Positions 1 through 11,626 of a stretch of 64,000 nt of DNA are shown here, piece by piece. The stretch comes from Diplonema japonicum. Taxonomy: Eukaryota; Protista; Euglenozoa: Diplonemea. The notes under the pieces are model-generated. The model did no database searches. It was not told the origin of the DNA and saw only the letters and a list, made by a program, of their open reading frames with translations. The position numbers and the translations under genes were made by a program. The number at the start of each line of letters is the position of its first letter. Positions within the stretch are counted from its first letter, which is position 1. The stretch lies in assembly GCA_964019335.1 (NCBI GenBank), contig OZ025730.1, forward strand, positions 310,001 through 374,000, written 5' to 3'.

Positions 1-3000
1 CTTCACCGCCTCTGACGACTTACGGCGCGGTGCTGCTTTCTGCTTCCGGTATTTCTCCACAAGTGCTTTCTTGGTACGCTGCTCTCTGAGCAACCTCTGC
101 TTCTTAGCAAGCGCCAGCTTCTCCTTCAGGGCCTCCGCACGCTCTTCCTCCAGTCTCTTTTCTTCCTTTCGTTTCTTGACCGCGTCGTAATGCTCTGCTA
201 GTTGTGTTTCTATTACTTTTTGTCGTGCTGCCCGCTTCCTTGCTTTAGTTTCCTCCCGTTCCCGCATTACTTTCTCTGCTTCTTCTTTCTTCTGCTTCTC
301 CTTCTCTTGGTGTGCGCGCCACGCGGACAGCTTGTCGGGCTGCTTCTGCGCATTCAGCATGTCGGTCAGGACACGGTCTACCGATGACGGCACGCACAAG
401 GCTTCTTCTTGTTCTTCGAGCAGACAGTCTTTAGATTTTTCTACGTCCTCCTTTTCCTCGCCCGATGTTTCTTCTTCCTCTCCCTGCATCTGCATCCGCG
501 CCTTGCCGACGATAGAAGGTGACATGACGCTGCCAGAGGACCCCGACGACGTGTCCTGTCCATGCATCACACTGCTTGCCGCAGACACCTTGCTATGGGT
601 GAAGCGGCCGAAGCCGCTGCTTGCAGGAGAAAGTCTCTCGATGTGGTCGCCAGCCACGGGATAGCTGCGGGGCGAGAGATGCTTGACAGATGACAGCACT
701 GGGTCACGAGGAAGGTGAGGCAACTGTTCCTGCGTATGCGTCGGGTGTCGTGGGGAGAGGTGCTCTTCGGCAGGAGACAGCGTGGCACGATACTCGGGGT
801 CGCGGGATAACTGGTGCTGTGCCTCCAATGCCACGTCGAATAGCGCCTGCTGTGCCTGCTGGGGTCGCGAGATGTGCACTTCAGATACTTGAACATGAGG
901 CGAAGTCACGCCATGGGGCAGCACTTCTTCTGCCTCTTGCGACGTGGACAACGAAGGCGAGCTGTGCCCATCGCGGTGACCTTCATCATGAGAATCTTCA
1001 TCATGAGAATCTTCACCGTGAGACCTTTCATCTTCACCGCGAGACCTTTCATCATGGGACCCTTCGCTGTGAGACCTTTCATCATGGGACCCTTCGCTGT
1101 GAGACCTTTCATCATGGGACCCTTCGCTGTGAGACCTTTCATCATGGGACCCTTCGCTGTGAGACCTTTCATCATGGGACCCTTCGCTGTGAGACCTTTC
1201 ATCATGGGACCCTTCGCCGCGAGACCTTTCATCATGAGAACCTTCACCGTGAGACCTTTCATCATGTGACCCTTCACGGGAATCTTCTTCTGTCTCGTGT
1301 GCTGACGACGACGACAGTGTCGGCGAGGACAGTGCCTGTGGTGAAGACAGTGCCTGTGGTGAAGACACGTCGCGTGCAGGCACGTCATGAGAACTGCATC
1401 TCTCGGGGAGCAGCATTTCTTTCTCCGCACCTTTCAAGGGCATGGGTAGCCTCTGCGAGGGGGGCATGCGCTGCTGGTGTTGCTTGTACAGGCCATGCCC
1501 ATGGAAGGCCACTGACGTCGAAGACCGTGATTCTAACGAGCGCCCATCTGAGGTGAAGGACAGCGCATGTGGCGAGGTTGCGGAAAGGGCCATCACAGGG
1601 CGCAGCTTGCGGTGGATGGTTCGCTTGCCGCGAAGGGAGTCGCCGAGCAGCCTTGTGGGGGCTGACCCCGCATGGGGGGGCTGCAAGGGGCTGTGCACAG
1701 GCGGCATAGTGACGGACCGCCTCACGGCCAGCTGCGGCAGGGTAACAGCACACGGAAGCTCCGTGTGAATGTCGCACACTCTTGCAAGTTCGGCAGCAAG
1801 CTGCTCGCTGTTGGCGTGTACGGTCTTCAAGTGCTTCTTCACGCTGAGGAGGAGAATCTTTCTGGTGAGCTTGGGCAGCGGGGCAGCAAGGAGCCTGCGC
1901 AGCAAGGACATCATGCACCGATGCCTCTGGTGGGGGGGCGTGTGGTTCCTCTTGTAAATCCCTTCGAAGCTAGTCGCCACTACGTCGGGCAGCAACGACA
2001 CCTGGAGATCAACCTGCGCAAGGTTATGTAGAAGGAGGGTGACCGCCTGCACGATGTGGAGGTGGTACACAGTGAGGAGCGGGGAGAGGCTGGCGTCCCA
2101 GAGAAGGATGAAAATCTTTTTCAACGCCTCCCTGTCATGCGTCTCCGCCGCCGTCCGCACTAGGAAGTTCACATCAAGATTCGTAACATTCTGGGGTTTC
2201 GTACAGGCGTAGAGCTGAATCGCCTCTCGCACGAGAACATCCTCACTACCAGGTCTTTTGGCAGCATATATATACCCCACAAGCGTGCAGCGCCAGGTTT
2301 GCTCTGACCACGTATGTTTCAATATCGTCAAGAAAAGCTCAATCCACCCTGAGTTCAAGACCTTGCAAGCAAAGCTTGGATCAATATGAAGTTTGTTTGA
2401 ACCATACAGCCAGGTGACGTGCTGACACATGATATCGTTGCAAGAGGGGAAAAGATGCACCAAATGCATCCCGGACTCCAAAAACACATTTCGATGCTGA
2501 GATAGGCGCGTCTTGTGCAGCACAACCTCGAGGACAGGGGTCCAGTCCAACGACTCCAAGAGAAACGCAGGGGGGATGCTGCTCCTGTGAAGGTTACGGA
2601 AGAACACTTGGTACAAATCCGCGAGAGTAGGATCATCCCGAGATACTCGTGCAGGGAGCTCCTCGGAGAGGTAGATGACAGGGTGGAGGGACGCAAGGTT
2701 CTGCAGAATTTCATCACATTTTCGCTTCGTTTTGCCGAAAAAATTACGCCGTGCTGAGAGAATTGTGTCTAGACCTCCATTGAAAGCGGTAAACCAACCC
2801 CAGGCATCTTCATTCCCCACATTGCATGTAATATCGGCTAAGATAGAGAGCGACGTTTCAGCAACTGACGGGTTTGGGTCCAACAGGAATGTTGAAAACA
2901 ACGAATATACTTCAACCATATGCACCCCGCTCGGGGTTGTTGTTAAAAGCTGTTTTAGAAACAACGCTTCGCAAGAAACAAAGCTGCAAAAATCTGTTAA

Positions 3001-3324
3001 GAGAGGTGCTTCTGCTTGAACGGATTCAATGAATTCCAGGGCGGTCTTTGCCTCCGTGTACTTACGCACCCCGAACAGTTCCCCCAGTACCCACTCAAAC
3101 GATTTGGTATCCCCAGCAGCCGCCCAGTCTATTATAGAGGAGTTGTGGGTGCCGCATTTTTCTTGGACGGCGGTCCAGTCCTCCCCTTCTACATTGAGGA
3201 TGTTATTCACGATTTTGATGTTCAACTTGTCAGGGGTCCAGTCATCGCCGATTAGCTCTTCAAGCTTTTTAGTTACCCATTTTTGATACACAACAGGTGT
3301 GACGATTGGTGAGTTAACTGGCAT
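1..3324 (-). CDS. Large hypothetical protein (>1100 aa, 3'-partial): helical N-terminal half, HSEGSHDERS repeats, charged coiled-coil tail
   Basis: ATG at 3324 (MPVNSPIVTPVVYQKW...). The frame is open in the parts I translated (N-terminal region, repeat, last 60 bp ending ...KAAPRRKSSEAVK) and appears to run off the window edge, which would explain its absence from the ORF track. Short ORFs listed in 200-3290 are shadows. Confidence 0.75.
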   Translation of the reverse strand, partial: MPVNSPIVTPVVYQKWVTKKLEELIGDDWTPDKLNIKIVNNILNVEGEDWTAVQEKCGTHNSSIIDWAAAGDTKSFEWVLGELFGVRKYTEAKTALEFIESVQAEAPLLTDFCSFVSCEALFLKQLLTTTPSGVHMVEVYSLFSTFLLDPNPSVAETSLSILADITCNVGNEDAWGWFTAFNGGLDTILSARRNFFGKTKRKCDEILQNLASLHPVIYLSEELPARVSRDDPTLADLYQVFFRNLHRSSIPPAFLLESLDWTPVLEVVLHKTRLSQHRNVFLESGMHLVHLFPSCNDIMCQHVTWLYGSNKLHIDPSFACKVLNSGWIELFLTILKHTWSEQTWRCTLVGYIYAAKRPGSEDVLVREAIQLYACTKPQNVTNLDVNFLVRTAAETHDREALKKIFILLWDASLSPLLTVYHLHIVQAVTLLLHNLAQVDLQVSLLPDVVATSFEGIYKRNHTPPHQRHRCMMSLLRRLLAAPLPKLTRKILLLSVKKHLKTVHANSEQLAAELARVCDIHTELPCAVTLPQLAVRRSVTMPPVHSPLQPPHAGSAPTRLLGDSLRGKRTIHRKLRPVMALSATSPHALSFTSDGRSLESRSSTSVAFHGHGLYKQHQQRMPPSQRLPMPLKGAEKEMLLPERCSSHDVPARDVSSPQALSSPQALSSPTLSSSSAHETEEDSREGSHDERSHGEGSHDERSRGEGSHDERSHSEGSHDERSHSEGSHDERSHSEGSHDERSHSEGSHDERSHSEGSHDERSRGEDERSHGEDSHDEDSHDEGHRDGHSSPSLSTSQEAEEVLPHGVTSPHVQVSEVHISRPQQAQQALFDVALEAQHQLSRDPEYRATLSPAEEHLSPRHPTHTQEQLPHLPRDPVLSSVKHLSPRSYPVAGDHIERLSPASSGFGRFTHSKVSAASSVMHGQDTSSGSSGSVMSPSIVGKARMQMQGEEEETSGEEKEDVEKSKDCLLEEQEEALCVPSSVDRVLTDMLNAQKQPDKLSAWRAHQEKEKQKKEEAEKVMREREETKARKRAARQKVIETQLAEHYDAVKKRKEEKRLEEERAEALKEKLALAKKQRLLREQRTKKALVEKYRKQKAAPRRKSSEAVK
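985..1275 (-). repeat. 30-bp coding minisatellite (gagacctttcatcatgggacccttcgctgt)n
   Basis: Five near-perfect copies plus degenerate flanking units; encodes HSEGSHDERS in the host frame. Confidence 0.9.
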
Positions 3325-3511
3325 TGGGTTGAAACCATTTTTTTTTTTTTTTTTATAGTTCTGTTTTTTTTTCTTTTTTTCTTTGGCTGGGAGGGAGGGG
3401 GTTACAAAAAAAAAATGGAGCCAGGAGCGAAAAAAGAGGAGAACAAAAAAAAGGGGGGGGGGGGAAACAGTGAATGTGGAATGTGGAATGTAGTTTTTTT
3501 TTTTTTTTTAA

Positions 3512-5305
3512 CCATCTACCAACGGACCATTTTTGCCCACCAGGGGGTAAATTTTCAAAACCTCAAAAAAAAACTATTCTAGCGCAACGCCGGGGCTATA
3601 TGCCCCCCCCGGAAATGCCTCCAGTTGTCCCAATTCTAGAGAGAGGGTGCCCACAGCAGGGCCCACCCCCACAACATTGTCAAAAATATCGTTCTTGAAG
3701 TGCCCGAGAGGGGGTACAAAAAACAAGTCAAAAAAAATCGACTGTAAAATTCTATAAAAACCTATTTGAGGCCTTCTTGACGCGGTTCGTACGTGCCCCA
3801 GGGCTGGGGGACTTCTTTTTTGACCCCGAGAGGGGTTTCTGGGGGGTATCCCCGGCAAGGTAGTAGTCTTTGAAGGAGTCACGCAAAGTTGTACCAAGCA
3901 GGCTGAACACTGAAATAGGGGTATTTTCGACTTGCAATGCTTGCACCGCACGTTGCGCTACTTTTTCGGGGAAATGGTCCCAGAAGGTACTGTCGCGGTG
4001 CATTGGGGTCTCAGGGCACTCGTTCTGTGTTTCGGGGCATGGTATTGGGGCAGCCTGCTCTGTAGCTGACTTTAGCTGTTGTTTAGACAGCCTCCCTAGT
4101 AGCCCTTCGATGACTGCCTCTTTGAAAGGCGTGAATCCACTGTCGTTCGTACTCAGGGTGTTGGGGGGCAATGCTTCTTTCCAAACAAGCCAAGCATTTG
4201 CCAGAGATTTATCTAACAAGTACGAAAATACTTTCAGGGGCCACTTCGAAGTCATAAGGGTGCGTTTATGGCGTTTTGTCACAGCGTCACCCAGCGTCGG
4301 TTCCGCCCATTGCGGTGTTGTAAATATGCACTTGGTGGGGAGTGGGATGTCCTTTCCGGCTTTCATTCTCTTTTGGCCGAGACGCCTAATTTGACTTCAC
4401 CAGAACATCCAACGTCGACAGAAAGCGCACAGGCTTGATGCCATGCCACGTTGTGGCAAAGGATGCTCACGTGCTGGTGGAACTGGGTGTCCCCACAGGA
4501 TGCGCGTCCTTGGGCTTGCGGCCTCGCTTCTTTGGGGCATCCGTGATCTCCGGGAGGCCTTTGCGATAGGTAGAAGTCAGCACGCTTGTTTGTTTCGCTG
4601 TGGAAACACAGATTTCCCAGAATAGTCAAAAAGCGGTCTCTTGACATGACGGTGGCGTACCCAGGGGTGGAGCCTGTGCGCCAGTAGTCAGAATAATCTG
4701 GCTTGATATCCTAGTCCATCGACAAAAGGACACCTAGGAAGGTACGCAAAGAAGCAGCATTGAGATCCAGGGAAACACCTTTTTTAGCCGCATTTGTCAC
4801 ATTGTTCGAAATTATGACCCAAATAACGTTTGGGGCGAGCATTTGGGAGAATATATGGAATGGCGTTGAGCCTCTGATGTCAAAACAGCGTCCACAAGGA
4901 TTCCGATCTTCACGAAACCGGATGCCTTCCAACTGCTCCGGCTTTGCCGTCCAATCACCCTGCTGTGACTCGGAATCGGTCGAATTCGTATCAGAATCAC
5001 TGTCCGTACCAAAATTGCATAATAGGGATGAGCCATCAGTGCTACCATCACTCATAATGTCCTCTTCCGGCCTCTTTCTGGGTGCCCTTTTTTGAAGTGG
5101 TTTTTAAGGGTAAATTTGGTCTGGCGCTTTTTTTTTTCTTTTTTCTTTTTCTTGTTAAGTTAGGGCAGCATTTAGTTTATATTTTTCATATTTTCCGCGC
5201 AGGACCCCGGCTGCAAGAAGTGGCCGGGCCGTATTGCATTGAAAGCCCTTTGCGAAAAAGATTTTTTTTCGAATCGTCTCTGTAAAGACGCTCGTTGGTA
5301 GATGG
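3512..5305 (-). mobile_element. piggyBac-type DNA transposon, decayed (pB-1)
   Basis: 13-bp TIR CCATCTACCAACG (3512-3524, inverted at 5293-5305) with TTAA on both sides (3508-3511, 5306-5309). Transposase fragments MSRDRFLTILGNLCF, KWPLKVFSYLLDKSLANAWLVW and a Cys-rich tail RCKHC...QCSACLVQLC lie in different frames. Confidence 0.9.
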
Positions 5306-5333
5306 TTAAAAAAAAAAAAAAAAAGAGACATTT

Positions 5334-5364
5334 AAGGGTACCTGCAGTATGTGGCAGGACGCCT
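5334..5364 (-). mobile_element. Isolated copy of the LINE-B 3'-terminal motif (extreme 5' truncation or relic)
   Basis: aagggtacctgcagtatgtggcaggacgcct matches aagggaacctgcagtatgtgacaggatcgcct at 42022-42053. Confidence 0.6.
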
Positions 5365-5475
5365 GGAAAAAAAAAAAAAAGAAAAGAAAAAAACCAAAGA
5401 ACAAGGGGGCTTTACTTTCTTTTTTTTTCCTTAAAAAATATAGCCTTCCTTCCTTTTTTCTTTTTTTTTTTTTTC

Positions 5476-5520
<45 letters not shown>

Positions 5521-5571
5521 TGTTTGTGGAAGTGGCAACACAAAAAAGAAGAATAGAAAGAAGGCCTCGGG

Positions 5572-5614
<43 letters not shown>

Positions 5615-6355
5615 GCCATACCAGGGTGCTTCGCAGCCCCATATTGTTGACCACCTGACTGTGATCGCTACCACTCAGATGAGCTCCGAGTCTTTATTTC
5701 TTTCCTTTCCACCTTATTTCTTTTTTTTTTTTGTCGTTCTTTCCCCTTCTTCAGGCGCTTTGCCATAGCATGGGTTAAAAAAAATTCTATTTCTCCCTCC
5801 CCTGCAAAGCTTTGCAGGAGGGAGAAAAAAAGAATACTGTAAAAAAAAAGAAAAATAAGGGGATTCGCGTGATTGGTGATTTAGACTAAACAGAAATTGT
5901 TACACATGGAAAGATGCGTGCCAAAAACAAAAGGAAGAATGAAAGAAGAAAAAAGAGAAGAATGGGAAAAAAAAAAACAAAAAAAAAAATGCACACCATA
6001 TTAGATGTGGTGGCATAAAAAAAAAAAAAAAGAAAGAAAGAAAGAAAAAGAGAGGGGAGAAGAAAAAGAAGAGAAAAAAAGATGTAAAAAAAAAAAAGAA
6101 GAAGAAACAATAGTGACATTATATCGAGAAATCGAACCTTTATCTCTCGAAAGCACTTTTTATTTATTTTTTTTTTTAAAGTTTTATAGATACCAGGGAA
6201 AAAAAAAGAAAAAAGAAAATCATAATGAAAAAACAAAATGGGGGGAGAAGTGTTTGCCTTCTTTCCCCGCCCTCAATGAAAAAAAAAATGAAAAAAAATG
6301 AAAAAAGAGAGAGAATGTTATTTCTTCTTTTTTCTTTCGTCGTCGTTTCATTTCC

Positions 6356-6390
<35 letters not shown>

Positions 6391-6392
6391 TT

Positions 6393-6969
6393 CACTCTTC
6401 AGAAATTACTTCACGCACTGGGGGGCCCACTACTTCACGCTAAATCTCATTACTTCACGGTGAAATAATGGCCTGTTTTCCGTGAAGTATTAGGGGGTTT
6501 CCGTTAAATAATATGCCTCGGTAGGCCAATTTTTGCCTCGATTCGGTTCCCAGTGGGGCTACTTTTTCCTCTCAGTTTGCTATTTCCCCCCAGGTTCAGC
6601 TCAATTGGCCAACTTTTGCCTCGGCTCAGTTCCAAGTTGGACTACTTTTTCCTCCCAATTTGCCCACTTTTGGCTAGGCCTTGTTCCCAGTTTCTGTGGG
6701 TAACTCTTCTGTGGGGTAACTTAGTCAGCTTACCCAAGCTCCCCAAAAGACTTCAAAATACCGAAGCAGCAGAAAAAAAGGAGCCAGCGGCCGCGCTAGG
6801 TATGGGAAGGCCTGATTAGAGATGGTGACAGTGGCAATGCCACCGACAGCGGCAGCTCTTAGTCAACAAAAGGAGGAAAAACAACTTGTATTGTAACCTT
6901 TGTAACCCCTCTCTTGTTGTACCCCTTGTCACCCTGTTGTGCCCCTCGTGGTGAAGTAATTTCAGAGTG
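6393..6969. mobile_element. Putative non-autonomous TIR element (MITE) with CACT termini and subterminal repeats
   Basis: Left end CACTCTTCAGAAATTACTTCACGCAC versus right end (reverse complement) CACTCTGAAATTACTTCACCAC. TACTTCACG-like motifs recur in both orientations and there is no ORF. The right boundary may extend to about 7088. Confidence 0.45.
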
Positions 6970-8305
6970 TCGTGAAATAAAACCACTTACCTACCGCCAA
7001 GTAATGCTTTACCGACCTCGAGGTAACGGTAAAGTCATTACTTGTTGGCAGTAAATAGCTATTTTTTTTTTTACTTATGGTCCCAGTGATTTGACTCTAG
7101 ACCAGTGTCTACAGTACGGGGAAGGGGAAAAAAAAAATTTTTACGGAACAGGGATACGGCAACACCAATATTATCACAGTAGGCGGAAAATCATGTAGGA
7201 AAGCACATCTGGGGGGGGGGGGGGGGGGGCAGAGTTGTTGGGAAGAAAAAAAAATGAATGGCAACCAAATCAGGCCACACACTTTCTGCTATCCACTCGT
7301 CCCTCAGCCTAGTCTGCTTCAAACATGTATTCTTGCATACTGCTTTCATGGTGCCCAAAGGGGGGGGGGGGGGGGGTGAAGGGTAAAAAGGGCCCCGATA
7401 GAGTCCTTTAGCTGTAAGAAGGCCATTTGACCTCCCCCCCCCCTATCTTTTCTTTTTTGTTACTTGTTGCATGGGTTTTGTATTTTTTTTTTTCCCCTCG
7501 AATTTAAAAAAAAAAAAAAAGTGCGTTCGTTTAATGGGAGGTGGGGGGAGGGAATAAAAAAATAGTTTCACTGAGGAAGGGGGGTGTGTGTGTAAGTCTA
7601 CAATTCGAGCTTGACAGGGGGGGAGAAAAAAAAGTGCAGGAAAACAACTAATACGAGAAACAAGAGCAGTAATGGTTGTTTCAATTCTTGCAGGCGAGAA
7701 ATGCCCCCCAACCGTATCTCTCTCCCCCCCTCCCCCAAGAAAAAAGAAGAAAAATTTATACGGTATTAAAGGGCGTCAGACTAAAGTGGGAATTGGCCAC
7801 TTTGCCGGGACGAAAAGAGACAAGAGGAGGGGGATATAAAAAAAAAAAAGAAACGAAAAGGATTTCCCTCCATTCCTTTCCTTTTTTTTTTTACTTTCAC
7901 TGTAATACAAGAAAAAAAAAATTGACAAGCGGACAAAGGTTTTCAAGAATGCCAAGCGAGGCTCCCCTTTTTTTTTTTAATTTTTTTTTTTTTTTCTGAA
8001 GCATCTTCACCCCATCGAGGTCTGCTGGGTAAAGTAATAGCGAACCAACAAATTCGCAAAAAGTGGGGAAAAGAGAAAAAAAAAAAAAAATGCAAACAGT
8101 TGGTCTCACTCGTCAATTTTCTGTTTTTCAGTATTTTTTTTTTTTTTTTTTTTTTTTTTTGTTTGTGCCATGTGCTATGGCTCAAGTATTCTAATATACC
8201 CCCCTTTTTTTTTGCTGTTTCTTCATTCTTTTTCCTTTTCAGTACAAGAATAAAATAGACTTAGGGGAGGAAAAAGAATAAAAAAAAATAATATATCAAA
8301 AGAGT

Positions 8306-8343
<38 letters not shown>

Positions 8344-8395
8344 AAAAGAAAAAGTGAAGCGCATGTAATAATGGGGAGGTGAACTGTGTGTTTTG

Positions 8396-8428
<33 letters not shown>

Positions 8429-10263
8429 CTTTTTTCTCTTCTAGTCTTTGTAGGCTTCGAAGAAGAAGAAAAAAACTCAAAGTACAGGACAAGCCCCCCG
8501 CTAGAGGGCCGCCCTAAAAAAAAAAAAGAGACATTTAAGGGGAAAAAATAATAAATGCGGAAACAATAGCTTTGAGATGGGGGAGGGGAGGGGGGGTTCC
8601 CCCTTGTGTTCGGTCCTTTCAACAGTTATTCACAGTGCCCCCCCCCCCCCCCCCCCCCCCGGAAAAATAAACCAATCGTAAAAAAACAAGTGCCGATTCC
8701 TATGATGGCTTAAATATGCGCTCTCAATAAGGGAAAAAGCATTTTTTAGAGACGTATCTTTTTTTTTTTTTTTTTTTTTTTTATTTTCCTTCTTCTTTTC
8801 TTGGGGGTTTTTCTCGCATCGCTTTAAAGTATTCGAACAGCGAGAAAAAAAAAAGAAAAAAAAATATATAACCGCGTTTCTTCTGGGGGGGGGGTTAATT
8901 AAAGAGAGAAGAAAAAAAAAAAAGAACAAATACAGACTAAACGGGCATTATAAAATTAAATACTGTTCATAATGTGGTGGTGGTGGTGGGGGGGTCAAAG
9001 GGGTCGAAATACCACCCAAAATCGCCCAAAAACCCATTTCCCGGCCGAGTTTCAACGAAATATGCAAGTTGAATATCCGGAAGCGCACAGATCTACGCTT
9101 GTACACAAAGAGGGCACAACTGCGCACTGGCCTTTCAAGTAAAGGAAGCTAAATGTGGAATGGGTGGAATTTTCTGAATACGAATATCGAGCTTTTTTAG
9201 GCGTAGTGACCCCCCCCTCCCTAGGGCTATGTTGTGTGCTTGGGAACTCGTTTCCTGCCAACATAGCCCTGGGGGGGGGGGGGGGGTAGATCTTGTAGAA
9301 GTAAAAGAAGAAACTAATTCGCTTTGTGATCTTTAGAATTATGGAGGGAAAAAAAAAAAAAAAAAAGGGAAATGTGCGTGCATACGACTTGCGACCGTTA
9401 AAAGTGTGAGAAAAAAAAAAGAAGAATCCTTAGCTGGTATAATAGCACACAAGTTCACAAGAAGGATTCAACTATAGTTATGAGGAAGAAAAAAAAAAGA
9501 AAAAAAAAAGAAGTGAGGAGAAAAAAAATGTGGAAAATAAGGGCAGAGAACTATACCATCATCTACCTCTACATCTTTACTCCCTCTCTCTCTCTCTTCT
9601 TCCCCCCCCACCCCTCCTTTTTTTCTTGAGATGAGAATTTTTTTTTTCTTTCCCCCGTGCTTTTTTTTTTTTTCTTTCTCGTTTTTTTTTTTTTTTTTTT
9701 TTTTTTTTTCCCTTCAGTTTTGTCATTTTTTTTTAAATTATTATTATTTTTTTTTCTTCTTTTTTTGCGGGTAGTGTTAGTGCTAGTTGTTATGGGTGTG
9801 TCTTTTTTTTGTTTTTTTTTTTTGTTTTTTTTTTCCCTCAAAAAAAAAGAAAGAAATGTAGAGAGGCAACTAAATCCAGCTTGAAAAACAGCCTCTATAA
9901 GTTCACTCTTTTTTTCTCCGCGTCTCCCTTTTCCCGTTCTTATTGTGTTCTAATTTCTCTCTGCAAAAAAGTTTAGGACAGCTCACATATATGATACCAT
10001 AGCGAAAGGACACTGTTCTATCATAGTTACGTAACAGGTCAGTGTGCTTTTCTCTCTTTTCTTTTCCTTAAGGAAAAGAAGAAAAAAAGATGCTCACAGA
10101 AAAGGAGACCGGATGAGTGGTAGAGATCAAGCCGTTTCTGGGGGGGGGGGGGGGGGAGGAAAGACAAAATAGGAATAGCATTTTTCCCCTCCCCCCTTTT
10201 TTTTTCCACTGCGCGTGAGTGGAAAAAAAAAAAAAAGGGAGGGGTAAAAAAAAAATGCTCTCT

Positions 10264-10299
<36 letters not shown>

Positions 10300-10311
10300 C
10301 CTCCTTATTCT

Positions 10312-10926
10312 TCAGTAGTAAGCATGGCCCAAATAATACAAATCAACCTCGCTGTCCACAGAATCAGAAAGGCTCTCTGCATGTTGGGGGGAGTTAGATA
10401 TAATCTCGGGTTGCTTCTCATCCCTGTCTTCCGGTTCGACTTCCTTCATGTGCACACGCGTGTTCTTTGACAACCTGGGCTTGGTGCGGACGTAGTCGGT
10501 CGCAAGAGCGCTCAGGGTAAAGGGGAGGTACCTGTTCTTGATAGAAAAAACATGACGGTGTTGAGACCCATTGTGCTCAAGAGCAACATCAACAACCTCT
10601 AGGGGCTTGGAGAACTCAGCAGCGATACTGGCATGGACCTCGTGGAGCCGCTTAACAGCTCTTTCTGGACTGAAGTTCTTACACGCCTCGCAAACTCTTT
10701 TCTCGCCTCTTTTGCCCCTGCAAAGTGGAGGAATCACTGCAGGTCCTTCCTCCTTCCTGTGGCTCACTGCACTGTACATCGAGGCAGTCTCATGATCGTC
10801 AAAGCAAGACACTTGTTCGTCTTCCTTCAGAATGGCTGCCCACATCCATTCAGGCAGCTCCGTCACCTTCACCCCATTGTACTTCTGGAGGAATTCGTCT
10901 TTTTGCGTTGCGGTCAGGTTGGACAT
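10312..10926 (-). CDS. Hypothetical protein, paralog of 13566-14003
   Basis: ATG after an A-tract (MSNLTATQK...), 204 aa. Shares LPEW.WA, CxxC, LEHNG.QHRH.F.IKN.YLPFTL.ALATDYVRTKPR.SKNTRVH with its neighbour. Confidence 0.8.
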   Translation of the reverse strand: MSNLTATQKDEFLQKYNGVKVTELPEWMWAAILKEDEQVSCFDDHETASMYSAVSHRKEEGPAVIPPLCRGKRGEKRVCEACKNFSPERAVKRLHEVHASIAAEFSKPLEVVDVALEHNGSQHRHVFSIKNRYLPFTLSALATDYVRTKPRLSKNTRVHMKEVEPEDRDEKQPEIISNSPQHAESLSDSVDSEVDLYYLGHAYY

Positions 10927-11590
10927 TTTTTCTTTTTTTGAAGGGGGGGGGGCAAAAACCTGTATGTTTTTTTTTGAGAATCTTGAATTATTAAAAAAAA
11001 AAAGACTGAACCCGAGGGGGGGGGGGGGGAAGAGTGGGGATTTTCTTTTTTTTTTTAATCCCCTCATTACCATCTATCTATCAAGCGGAGCTACTGGGTA
11101 ACGATTGCCTGCTTGATAGACATGGAGAGAGAGGAAGAAAAGAAAGAAAAGGGAAGAAGGGGGGGGTGAAAAAACAAAAGTGTGTTTGTAGAAGAAAAAA
11201 AAACTTTTTTTTCTCTTTTTTTTTTGTGTCAGTGCGGTTACCTGGTAGGACTCTGGGGGTCCATTAGTCTTCTTTTTTTTTTTTTTTTTTTTCCGTTTAC
11301 AGTACCAGGCACTACGCTTTCCTGTAGCTGAGAAGCATAATAGGTTTTTTTTGGGGGGTAGTTACTTAGTACCAAAAATGAGTTTTTTTTTTGTCTTTCA
11401 GCTTCAATACCTTTGTAGGTGCATTTCTTATTATACACATTCAATTAGGAATCATCCTAGGGTATATAGTCAGCATGAAGTTCGTTTTTCTTTTTTCTTC
11501 TTCTTTTTTTTTTCTTCCAGGGGGAAATCGATTCTGGGGTATTAAGTAGGTTAAGTTGTTGTGGGTTTTTTAAAAGAATTTGCCCACTCT

Positions 11591-11626
<36 letters not shown>

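Noticed and set aside
985-1275. CRISPR-like regular repeats
   Set aside because: Head-to-tail units with no unique spacers, coding, and in a eukaryotic context.
690-1556. Plus-strand HHGTLRCETF ORF and minus-strand TAKGPMMKGL ORF
   Set aside because: Alternative frames of the 30-bp repeat inside the long minus-strand gene.
5769-5826. Extra GGGTTAA piggyBac-like end and palindrome CCTGCAAAGCTTTGCAGG
   Set aside because: No partner TIR or second copy in the window, so no function can be supported.
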